A DNA stretch of 64,000 nucleotides from the human T2T-CHM13v2.0 reference genome, Homo sapiens (GCF_009914755.1 NC_060933.1); one strand, 5' to 3'. Positions 40,471 through 52,159 are shown, counted from the stretch's first letter. Notes: generated from the sequence alone by a model not told the origin. Numbers and translations: made by a program.

Positions 40471-41761
40471 TCTGAGCAAAACTGAGACTCAGATTGGTTC
40501 TTTACAGAATAGTAGATCAGTGACAGCCTGGGGAATCAATTTATTAATAAACATTTTTAATTTTACTTCGGATAGAAAAAAGAAAGAAAGAACACTTTCG
40601 TTTACCATTTTTTTCTTTCTTTTTTTTTTTTTTTGCACTGATATCTGGAAAGACAGAGAAATGGAAGATAAGATTTGCCTGTCCTGACCCAGTCTAAAAA
40701 GTAGAAGTAACATAGAAAGAGCAACAACAGGGGGAAGCTAAAGAGATCATGATAAGAATCTTGTAAGACTTGGGAAAAGAAGTACTAATTCAGAGGTCCT
40801 CATGGCAGAATTTTACAGAGGTAAGTACAAAGTAACCATCCTATGCTACCATAGTCTCAGAGGGTTGAGAGTGGTGACCCATGGAGAATCTCTGTTCTCA
40901 TCAAGTACGGGGGAGATAAAGGCACCCAGCAGTTTCCTTCTTACAGAAAGTCTGGTAATCATAGCAGGTGCAGAGTTTCTCCCCGAAGCGTATTTTGGGC
41001 ATCAAATACACTTTAGCAAAGTGTTCCTAGCACTTTAGCAAAATATTGGAGCAGAGAAACATAAAGGAATTTATGCAAACTCATAAACCTTCTCTTGGGG
41101 ATTCCCAGAAATACTTGTGGATACTCCAGAAGCGTTAAGCAAGCTGAGGTTCTGCAATCATGCAAATTAGAAATAAGAGTCATGGGAAGCTGAGTGATAA
41201 AGTTCATATAACCTCATATTTATTCAAAGCTGGTGAGGCCTGAGATCATTCAGGTTAAATAAAAGATTGAATAAATGAATGAATGATATGCATGATGGAA
41301 TGGAGGTGGGAATTTTTACCAAAATCCAGGTTTTATTTTCAGTGTTCAGGTCTGTGCTTAGTAGGAAACTGTAAATTCATTTTATTGAAGGTGTGTTTCA
41401 GATAGGAGTTAATTATTTTAAAAGCTTAATTCAGTGGCTGGCACATGTCCTAGTTTCACTGCTAAGTCTATCATCCTAAACCTATAATGAACTGCAAGCT
41501 TTTTAACACTATACAGTTGTCCCTCCTCAGATCTGTAGTTTTGCTCCTCTGCTTCAGTTTCCTGTGGTGGGCCAAGATCCAAAAATAGGTGCATGCAGTA
41601 CAATATTTTGAGAGAAAAAGAGAGTACACATTCATATAGCCTTTATTACAGTATTATAATGGAGTTCTATTTTATTATTAGTTGTTACTCTCTTATGATG
41701 TATAATTTATAAATTAAGCTTTATCATAGGTATGTATGTAGAAGAAAAAACATAGTCCATA

Positions 41762-44700
41762 CAGACATACCTTGGAGATATTCTGCATTTTGTTCCAGAC
41801 TACCCCAATAAAGTAAATATTACAGTAAGGCAAGTCACACAATTTTTTTGGTGTCCTAGTGTATATAAAAGTATACACTTTGTCCTAGTCTATATAAAAG
41901 TAATGTTTACACTTATAAACAGTATATATATATATGACTATAAACTATAAATGTTTATTGTCAATCAAGCGAAATGCAAATCAAAACCACAACGTGATAC
42001 CACCTTACTCCTGCAAGAATGGTCATAATAAAAAAATAATAGATGTTGGCATGGATGTGGTGAAAAGGGAACACTTTTACACCACAGATGGGAATGTAAA
42101 CTAGTACAACCACTATGGAGAACAGTATGGAGATTCCTTAAAGAACTAAAAGTAGATCTAGCATTTGATCCAGCAATCCCACTACTGGGTATCTACCCAG
42201 AGGAAAATAAGTCATTACATGAAAAAGACACTTACACATGGTTGCTCATAGTGGCACAATTCACAATTGCAAAAATATGAAACCAGCCCAGATGCCCATC
42301 AAACAACGAGTGGATAAAGGAAATGTGGTATATATATACATACACCATGGAATAACAGCCACAAAAAGAAATGAAATAATGACATTCACAGCAACCTGGA
42401 CGGAATTGGAGACCATTATTCTAAGAGGTAATTCAGGAATGGAAAACCAAACATCACATGTTCTCACTTATAAGTGGAAGCTAAGCTATGAAGATGCAGA
42501 GGCATAAGAATGATACAATGGACTTTGGCGACTCAGGGGAAAGGGTGTGGGGTGGGTGTGGGATAAAAAACTACACATTGGGCATAGTGTACACTGCTTG
42601 GGTGATAGGTGCACCAAAATCTCAGAAATCACCACTAAAGAACTTATCCATGTAACCAAACATCACCTGTACCCCCAAAATTACTGAAATAAAAATAAAT
42701 TTTTTAAAGTGTGCAATAGCATTATGTCTAAATACAATGCACATATCTTAATATTAAAATACTACATTGCTAGAAAATGCTAATGATCATCTGAGCCTTC
42801 AGTGAATCCTAATCTTCTGTTGGTGGAGAGTCTTGCCCCAACATTAATGATTTCTGACTGATCAGGACAGAAATTGCAGAAGATTGGGGTGGCTGTGGCA
42901 ATTTCTTTTTCTTTTTTTTGGCAGAATCCAGAAGTCATTACAAATTGTATTTCTTTTTTGTTTTGTTTTGTTTTGGGGCTGTAGCAATTTCTTAAAATAA
43001 GACCCCAATGAAGTTTGCCACATGGATTGACTTTTCCTTTCACAAAAGAGTTCTCTGTCATATACGATGCAGTTTGATAATATTTTACCCAACAGTAGAA
43101 CTTCTTTCAAAATTGGAGACGATCCTCTCAATGTCTGCTGCTGCTTTATCAACTAAGTTTATAAAATATTCTAAATTCTTTGTTGTCATTTCAACAATAT
43201 TCACAGCATCTTCACCCAGAGTAGATCCCTTCTCAAGGAACCACTTTCTTTGCTCATCCATAAGGAACAATTCCCCATCCATTCAAGTTGTATTATTAGA
43301 TTGCAGCAATTCAATCACATCTTCAGACTCCACTTCTAGCTCTAGTTCTTTTGTTATTTATTTCTACCATATCTGTAGTTACTTCCTCCACTGAAGTCTT
43401 GAACTGCTCAAAGCGATCCATGAGGGTTGGAAGTAACTTCTTCCAAACTCCTGTTAGTGTTGATATTTTGACCTCTTTCCATGAATCACAGATGTTCTTA
43501 ATGACATCTAGAATGCTATAATTCTTTCCAGAAGGTTTTCAGCTTACTTTGCCCAGATCCATCAGAAGAATCGTAACCTGTGGCAGGTATTGCCTTACCA
43601 AATGTATTTCTTATATAAGATTTGAAAGTGAGAATTAATCCTTGATCCATAGGCCACAGAATGGATGTTGTTAGCAGGCATAAAAACAACATTAATCTCC
43701 ATGTACATCTCCATCAGAGCTCTTGGGTGACCGGATACATTGCCAATGAACAGTAATATTTGGAAAGGAATTTTTTTGAGCAGTAAGTCTCAACAGTGGG
43801 CTTAAAATATCCATGCTGTAAACAGATGTGCTGTCATTCATTCTTTGTTGTTCCATTTATAGAGCACAGGCAGAGTAGATTTAGCATTATTCTTGAGCCC
43901 TTTGATTTTCAGAATGGTCAATGAACATTAGCTTCCATTTAAAATCACCATCTTCATTAGCCCTAACAAGAAAATCAGCCTGCCCTTTGTCCTTTGAAGG
44001 CAGGCATTGGCTTCTTTCTAGTCTAGATGGCATCGTCTTCCAATATAAGGCTGTTTCATATACATTGAAAATCTATTGTTTAGCACAGCCACCTTTATCA
44101 ATTATATTAGCTAGAGCTTCTGGATAGCTTGCTGCAGCTTCTGCGTTAGCACTTGTTGCTTCACCTTGCACTTTTATGTTATGAGACAGCTTCTTTCTTC
44201 AAACCTCATAAACCAACCTTTGTTAGCTTCAGACTTTTCTATGCAGCTTTCTCACTTCTTTCAGTCTTCATAGAATTGAAGAGAGTTAGGGCCTTTCTCT
44301 AGATTAGGCTTTGATTTAAGGGAATGTTGTGGCTGGTTTGATCTTCTATCCAGACCATTAAAACTGGAGTAGCACTTTTAAGTTCCTTCAAGAAGTTTTC
44401 TATTGCATTCACAACTTGGCTGTTTGTTTCAAGAGGCTTAGCTTTTGGCCTATCTCAGCTTTCAACACGCCATCCTCAATAAGCTTAATCATTTCTAGCT
44501 TTTGATTTAAAGTGAGAGAGATACAGCTCTTCCTTCCATTTGAACACTTAGAGGTCATTGTAGGGTTATTAATAGTCCTAAATTCATTATTGTCATATCT
44601 CATGAAACAGAGATGCCCAAGGAGAGGGAGGGAGACAGGACAACAGGTGGTTGGTGGAGTAGTCAGAACACACACAACATTTATGGATTAAGTTCGCCAT

Positions 44701-44967
44701 GTTATATGCGTGTAGTTTGTGGTACCCCAAATAATTACAATAGTAACATCAACAAATCAGCAAATATCACCATAACAGATATAATAATAATGAAAAAGTT
44801 TGAAATGCTGTGAGAATTACCAAAATGTGACACAGAGACATGAAGTAAACACATGCTGTTGGAAGAATAACCCTAATAGACTTGGTTGATGCAGGGTTGT
44901 CACAAATCTTTCATTGTTAAAAATAAATTGCAAAATCTGTGAAGTGTTATAAAATGAGGTATGCCTA
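41762..44967 (-). mobile_element. Essentially full-length Tigger1 DNA transposon with decayed transposase
   Basis: TIRs cagacatacct / aggtatgccta with TA flanks. Transposase peptides [26 protein letters not shown] (44409-44675) and [13 protein letters not shown] (43085-43282). Confidence 0.93.
41968..42700 (+). mobile_element. L1PB1-like 3' end nested in Tigger1
   Basis: End of ORF2 plus 3'UTR ctcagaaatcaccactaaagaacttatccatgtaacc. Confidence 0.9.
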
Positions 44968-46329
44968 TATAAGGTTTGGTACTATCTGTGATTGTAGGCA
45001 TCCACTATGGGTCTTGGAAAAAGTCCCCTGTGATAAGGGGGGAATACTGTACATCAGTTTCTTTGTCCATGGAACAGAACTCCAATTTATCCACTACACA
45101 GTATAAAGGAAAGCCAGATATGTAAAATATTTTTTCTAAGGAATGAAACATGCTGAATCAAATAAAGCATAATGATCTATTTAACCTTGCTCTTAACTGA
45201 GGGGAAAAAAACAAAACAGTATACAGAGTTAAAAAAAATGGAACTTTAATATAGTTTACCTTGTCCGTTGTTTAACTGCCTATGAGATGCTAAGTTGAAA
45301 TATTGTCTAACGTTTTGCCAGTAGGAGAAAAAAAATAACAGCAGATGGGCCAAGCAGAAGGCAGTGCCAAATCACTTTGAATTCTTTTCTGTGTAGTTTT
45401 TCTTCCAGTTTCATTATAGATATGACTGTGATTGATAATCCTACATCAGAAAACATATATCAGATATTCTTATAATTGTATTACACATGTGTTTCTTTTA
45501 GGGCCACTTCTATAAGCAAGATAGTATAATTAAAGTCTTTTCTAGACGGCATAGAGACGATTAGGAATCCTTGAGGAGTGAAAGAATTATCTAAGAATAG
45601 TGAAAATGAAGAGACTACTACCAGGAAACTGCATACACTAATGCCACTGGCCTGTTTTTGATGTTAACTGATTTTACCCATGAAGATGCTTATTAGTTAT
45701 CATGCACTCACTCTGATCTTGTTCAATTTGTCATCAGGAGCTAAGTGGTGTAACGGCAAAGGCAACAGATGTTGGGGATGACAAGCCAAATTACTGCAAA
45801 CTCCGTCAATAATTTCCCCTCAAAAGTAAATGGTATGACTTTCTAATCCCCTGAATTCATTTCTTTCATAAGCAGTCTATGGGTTTCCATCTGTTTCCTG
45901 GACACAGATAACCTTACTTCCTGCCACACATGATAAGTCTACTCATCAGAGTTCAACCAGTATTCCTTTGTCATTGCAAAACACTTCTTCCAACTGCAGC
46001 ATTCTCAATCAGGACTGCAATTGAAAGACTGGTAACAGTCCCACAGGAAATATCCATCGTTTGGCAGGCCCACTTTGAATCCAAAGCTTTTGAATTGTGC
46101 ATTGTCCAGTGTATTTTAAAAGTGTTTTCATAATTATATAAAAGTATGTTTATAAAATGTCTTCCTTCAACTTTTATACTGAGATACACTAGTTTATTAG
46201 TAATGAAAACTGGTTTATTCAAATAATATACTGGATTACTATTACTAAAATATATATTAACTCATATTGATTGCAACAACACTGTGATTGTTATTCACTA
46301 TTTACAGAGGAGGAAATCAAGATCTGGAG

Positions 46330-46870
46330 AGTTTATTTTTAAAATCTTATTGAGAATTTTCTGGGCGTTAGACAAGAAAGGCATGAAAGATATAGCCATG
46401 ATAAAATCAACATGGATTCTGTGCTCATGGGTCTTAAATCCAGTAAAGGAAACAGGATTTAAATATGTTATACTACTAACTATAACAAACGCTATGAAGA
46501 AAAGGGTGCAATCGTAAATTATAACAGTATGGTATAATTTAGATTGTAAGGTGAGGAAAGCCTTCTCTGATTAAGGGATTTTGAAGCTGAAATCACACGG
46601 ATGATTGGGAGTTACCCCGGCAAAAAGTAAAAGAAGGCTAGGCATCACTTTAGAAAGGTTTTAGGTGGGAGAGAGGCTAACCCATTCCAACAATGGATAA
46701 AGAGGGGAAAGTGACATGCGGCAAACCTAAGCAGGAAAACAGGGAACATATACGGGGTCATGTTAAAGTACTACCTGACTTGTCCAATGTCACACAAATA
46801 GAAAATGGCCTTGCTGAGACTAAGTTTCTTAATTTCTATTCTGCTGGTTTTTCCACTTTGCTACTACACT
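46330..46870 (-). mobile_element. L2/MIR fragments
   Basis: ggaaagccttctctga...ttttgaagctgaaa (L2) and tgacttgtccaatgtcacac (MIR). Confidence 0.5.
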
Positions 46871-47059
46871 GTCTTTTTACAAATGAGTGAACAAAGATAT
46901 TCTCCTATTTTGAATTCATATTTTCAGATGACGGCCTTTAAAAAGCAACAATACGGTAGTGATTTATCAAAATTGATTGTTGGCTAAATTAATATCTTAA
47001 TAGTGGGTTGTTTATATTCATTACATTAATTAGAATTTTAGCTATACTAAGATTTATTA

Positions 47060-47640
47060 GAGAGACACAGAGTGTGGCCCGCTCCCCCAGGGCCCTCCAG
47101 GCCCTTCGGCCGCGGGCCGGCGGGTGAGCTGGGGGTCCCCAGGACAGGCCGCGCCCTCTGTCCTGCAGACACCTGAGGCCTCCGCTGTGGCTGCCCACTG
47201 GCCGGACCCAGGTCTTGAAGCCGCGGCGAACCTCTCATCCCCACCCCACCTCGGTGACTGATGGCGGCAGCGGCTTGTCCCTGCCGGGACCCCACCCAAC
47301 ACCGGGTCTCCCAGCCCAAGCCTGCCGGAACGCAGTGTCTTTGGGTGGCGGCGGGAGTGGCGGGCCCGGAAGCATGGCGGCCACCCAAACGCCAGGCGAT
47401 GGAAGCCGTTAGGGCGTGGCGGAACCGGAAGTCGGCCTAGGGACGCACGCAGGCTCGGCTGTCTCTTTAGGCCACGGAGCTGCGTAGATCCGGAACCCTG
47501 GGCGACTGATCTGTCCCCATTGGGCGAGACCTACCTAGACAAAGGCCTTAACATACCGACAAAGGCCTTAAGGGGCCTGGGAGGTGAGCGAAGTCCCGAA
47601 AAACGGGTGGAAGGTTAGGGGCCATGGGGCGGCTGGTCTT
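47060..47640. promoter_or_regulatory. CpG-island-like 5' end of the NORAD retrocopy with ETS (CCGGAAGT) and YY1-like (ATGGCGG) motifs
   Basis: About 45 CpGs counted by hand in ~580 bp. CCGGAAGT at 47425-47432, CCGGAAGCATGGCGG at 47366-47380, GATGGCGGC at 47260-47268. Promoter activity is inferred, not shown. Confidence 0.6.
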
Positions 47641-48445
47641 CCTTCTACCAGATCTTGCTGTTGGGAGAAATGGTAGAATGACAGGCCACTTTTGGCCCGT
47701 TGGAAATGCCCACCACCCTTTGGGAAGATTTACTGGCCATTTATGGAAGGCCTGTGTATACAATATGAAAAACCTGCCCTCAACTCCACCCTAGCCTGTT
47801 GATAGAAAACATTTGTCACATCTAGCCCTTCTAGATGGAAAGAGGTTCCTGACGTATGATAAAGTAGAGTTAGAAAGTCACATCTTGTAAATTCTCATTT
47901 GTTTAAAGGAAGTCGTACAAAATAAATGTCTTCTGGAGATGATTTTTGGAAATGGAGTTATTAGACAGCCCCTGGAAGCGATACATCCACGTTTGTTCAG
48001 TGGGTTAGATGACATGGAGCTGGAAGACCTGAGAAGGAAGAGAAGAAGGTTCTATGACAGACTGGTCATATTTAGAAGACACTTTCATATTCTATCCATA
48101 GTTTTGTATGCATTTTATTCCTCACTACCTTATATATAGTTGACAATGCTAAGCTTTTTTGAAATGTCTGTTTTTTTAGATGTTCTGAAGTGCCTGATAT
48201 ATGTTAAAATTAAAGGTAATAAAAACACATTTTGTAAGTATCTTTTTGTTACAATTCATAGAAAATGTTGCTTTGGTGGGGAATGGCCAAATCACCTGTT
48301 GAGTAATACTCATTGTGTTTGTGCGCTGGTTCAGGGGAGGAGGGAAGAGGGGAAAGTGCAGAGAGCTCTATGCCACCCTGCCTACAGCGGGGCAAGATGA
48401 ATCATCTATTTCTGTGCATTTTGTTTTACTTATCTGTGTATGTAG

Positions 48446-51405
48446 TGTACATAAAGGACAAATGAGCCCTAATTTACAACATCTAGTCTTTCTAGATGCT
48501 AAGGAGGTTGCCAGTGTCTGACAAAAGTAAAGTTAGTAAACTAATATATTTTGTACATTTTGTTTTACAAGTCCTAGGAAAGATTGTCCTCTGAAAATTT
48601 GAGCATTCTTGCCCACTGGGTTGTTGGAGATAGGAAGGGTTCTAGGCCAGAACGTTCATATTTGGAAGATTCTTTCAAATTATAACTGTTGTTACATGTT
48701 TGCGGTTTATTCAAGACTGCTTTGTACAAAGTGGACAAATTAACTCCTTACTTGAAACATCTAGTCTATCTAGATGTTTAGAAGTGCCTGATGAATGTTA
48801 AATGTAGAGGTAGTAAAATACCATTTTGTAAATATCTTTTTGCTGAAATTCATAGGAAATACTGTCTTTTGGAAATTGAATTGTGAAGCCACCTTTGTGA
48901 GAAGTATAGTGCTGTCTATACTTGTTCAATGGTTTAGAGGAGGTAGGAGGGAAGAAATTGCAAAAGGTAATACGCTAGTATGTTCATAGTTGGACTTTTT
49001 CAGACACCATTTTTCTGTATCTTTTGTGCATTTTGTTTTGCTCTGTATATAGTGTATATAATGGACAGGTGAGTCCTAATTTTGCAGCATCTAGTCTAGT
49101 CTCTAGATGTTAAAGAGGTTGCCAGTGTATGACAAAGTATTTAGTAAAATTAGTATATTTTGTATGCTTTTGTGTTGAAATTCATAGGAAAACTTGTCTT
49201 CTGTGAATGACTTTTGCATAGGAATTTGTTCAACCATCCCTAAGCATTACATGTGCCCGTATTTGTCCACTGTATTAAAGTCAGAGAGAGAAGGAAGTGA
49301 GGAGGGAATGATTGAAGGCCAAAATATTCACATTTAGAAGATACCTCAGTTGATAACCATTGTTCCATGTGTGCAATTTTATTTAACAGTGCTGTGTACG
49401 TGGTGGACAAGTTATATGAAATATCTAGTTTTTCTAGATATTTGGAAGTGCTTGATGTATTTAAAAGCAGTAGTAGAATAACACTTTTTGTAAACAGCTT
49501 TTAAAAACTGATAGGAAATGCTGTTTGGAAGTGGAATTGTTGAGCTACCTGGGAGATGAGAGTGAAGAAATAGCAAAAGGTGTTTTGCCGTTGTTTATTA
49601 GAAAATTTCAGCTTAATCCATTGCCTATATGTTACATGCATTTCATTTAACTTTGCTATACTGTATATATTGTGTATATACTGGACAAATGAGTCCCGAT
49701 TTTATAATATCTAGTCTCTAGATATTAAAGAGGTTGCCAATGTGTGACAGAAGTAGAGTTAGTAAACTAACACATTTTGTACACTTTGTTAAAATTCATA
49801 GAAAGGCTGTCTTCTGAAAAGGACTTTTGAAAGTGAAATGATAACATCAGCTCTAAGTGACACATGTACCTATATCCACCAGGTTGGTGGTGGAGAGGAG
49901 TTGGAAGGAATGAAGGATTCTAGACCAGAATGCTCCTATTTAGAAGACACTTTCAGATGTAACCACTGTTACATGTGTGTAGTTTATTCAACACTACTGT
50001 GTCCATAGTGGACAAACTTAAGTCCTTATTTGAAACATAAGTCTTTCTAGATGTTTAGAGATGCCCAAAATATGTTAAAAGCAGAGGCAGTAAATATAGT
50101 AGAGGTAGAAACATAGTCTTTCTAGATGTTTAGAAGTGCACAAAGTCTGTTAAAAGTAGAGGTAGTAAATAACACATTTTGTAGCTATCCTTTTGATATG
50201 AAATATTGTCTTATGGAAATTGATCAGTTCTCTAAGCAGTACACATTATTATATTTGTGCTGGTTCATAGGAAAGGAGGAGCACAAAGTGCAAAGGGCTT
50301 TCTACCAGTGTGTTTATGATGATGCCCATTGACCATTGTCCCTTATGTCTGCATTTTCATTTACTGTGCTGTGTATATAGTGTATATAAGTGGACAAAAG
50401 AGTCCTAATTTACATCTAGTCGATGTTAAAGGGTTGCCAGTGTATGACAAAAGTAGAGTTAGTAAACTAATACATTGAGTACACTTTGTGTTAAAATTCA
50501 TAGGGAAGACGTCTTAAAAACACAGAAGTGAAATTGTTAAAATCCCCCTTAAGCATTACAGATGGCTTAAAGCTGTCTCTGGGGTTGGTAGAGGTCGGAA
50601 AGGGAAGGGTTCTGGGCCAGAATGTTCCTATTTAGAAGACACTCAAATTAGAGTCTGTGTTATGTATATGCACCATTTATTCAGTGCTATTGTGTATATA
50701 AAGGAAAACTTTAGTCCAATTTGAAACATCTAGTCTTTTTAGGTGTTTGAAAGTGCACAACATAGATTAAAAGTAAAGGGCTAAAGTAACACCCCTCTCA
50801 GTATTTGTTTTCATTACTTCCTAGGAGTGGTTGCATTTGGGAATGGAATTTTTAAACTTGATGCTTAGGAGCATATGCTGACTATTCATTGGGTGGCGAT
50901 GGGTTAGGGAGGAGGAAGTATGCAGGGAGAAGGGTTCTGAGCCCATGAGTTAGATTAGTTCAGATGGTCTGACCATTGTTCTATATGTGTATTTTAATTA
51001 ATATTGTATATTAAAGGATAAACAACTCCTAATGCTCAAAGTATGTTAAAACTAGATGTAGTAAAACAATCCCTTTATAAATGTCCTTTTGTTAGTTTTT
51101 AGGAAGGTCCGTCTTCTGGGAGTGACCTTTATTAGGTCCCTAGGAGCTAGACGTCCTATACTTAGCCACTGGGGATGGTGGAAAAGGGAGAAGAGGAAGG
51201 GTGAAGGGAAGGGCTCTTTGCTAGTATCTCCATATCTAGAAGATGGTTTTAGATGTTAACCACAGGTCTATATGAGCATTTTTAGTAAATTCCCTGTGTT
51301 TATTGTGGACAAATTCATTATTTTGCAATATCTAAACTTTATGGATGTCTGGAGTGACAATATATGATAAAAACTAGAGCTAGTGAATTAGCCAATTTGT
51401 AAATA
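48446..51405 (+). other. Array of 10 canonical Pumilio response elements (UGUANAUA)
   Basis: TGTANATA starts at 48446, 48827, 49044, 49053, 49662, 49673, 50372, 50381, 50693 and 51398. Degenerate sites are at 47755, ~48130 and 48437. Confidence 0.9.
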
Positions 51406-52121
51406 CCTTTGTTATAATTGATAGAAAAGATGCGTCTTGGACATGGAATTGTTTAACCACCTCTGAGCAGTATATGTCAGGACTTGTTCGTTAGGTTGGC
51501 AGCAGAGGGGCAGAAGGAATTATATAGGAGAGATGTGTGCAGATGTGTCCATATTTACATGTTGACGATAGCCATTGATGTATGTGCATCTCTTTTGGCT
51601 GTACTATAGGAATACATTAAGTAATTTAATGGAAATATACCTTGCTAATATTTCAGTGCTATAGATCTGCTAATGAATTATCTTAGAAACATTATACTTA
51701 GTGTATTCTGTTGCTGTATGTTTCATTTTAAGTTGAGCATTAAGGGAATGCAGTATTTAAATCGGAACTCTGCCAATGCTTTTATCTAGAGGCGTGTTGC
51801 CATTTTCGTCTTCTATGAAATTTTTGTCCCAAGAAAGGCAGGATTACATTTTTTTTAACAGATTGAGTTGGTATAGTGTATTCTTAGTTATCAAAATACT
51901 CATATAGCTTTGGGATTTTGAATTGGTAAATATTCATGATGTGTGAAAAAGCAGGATACATACTGTACGATCTCAGTCCCATAAAATTGGATGTTGTGCC
52001 TACACACCCACAGGACCTAGAAGAACATGTCAAACTATAAACTGATTGTGATTGTGAATGACTTTGTTCTTTGCTTCTTGTGTTTTTCAGTTTCCTATGT
52101 TGCACATATTAACTTTTTAAA

Positions 52122-52127
52122 AATAAA
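52122..52127 (+). terminator. Polyadenylation signal of the retrocopied transcript
   Basis: AATAAA about 20 nt upstream of the residual A tract. Confidence 0.8.
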
Positions 52128-52159
52128 GATTATTTTTAAAACCCGTAAAAAAAATTATT

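Larger units (their letters stand above)
41514..45049. mobile_element. MER44 (Tigger7-derived) element split by Tigger1
   Basis: 5' part at 41514-41761 (cagttgtccc...) and 3' part at 44968-45049 (...gataaggggggaatactg|ta). Confidence 0.75.
47060..52154 (+). pseudogene. Near full-length processed retrocopy (pseudogene or paralog) of the lncRNA NORAD/LINC00657
   Basis: The 5' end (gagagacacagagtgtggcccgctcccccagggccctccaggcccttcggccgcgggccggcgggtgagctggggg...) and the body match the recalled NORAD sequence collinearly. Repeated units each carry TGTANATA, GGACAAA..GTCC and a CATCTAG..CTAGATG hairpin. AATAAA is at 52122-52127, followed by a short A tract at 52147-52154. There is an abrupt switch from AT-rich flank to a GC-rich 5' end. 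A weak possible TSD is aagatttatta (47049-47059) / aaaaattattg (52150-52160). Confidence 0.93.

Noticed and set aside
46989-47763. Overlapping GC-rich ORFs of 65-113 aa on both strands
   Set aside because: A by-product of stop-poor GC-rich sequence, with no recognisable domain.
47755-51410. Periodic palindromic repeats as a CRISPR-like array
   Set aside because: The context is eukaryotic, and the inter-hairpin sequences are homologous to each other rather than unique spacers. NORAD repeat units explain them.
47060-52154. The authentic NORAD gene itself
   Set aside because: There is no upstream promoter or CpG island (the AT-rich flank abuts the RNA 5' end), a genomic A tract follows AATAAA, several PREs are broken, and there are many differences from the recalled NORAD sequence. 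These indicate a retrocopy.
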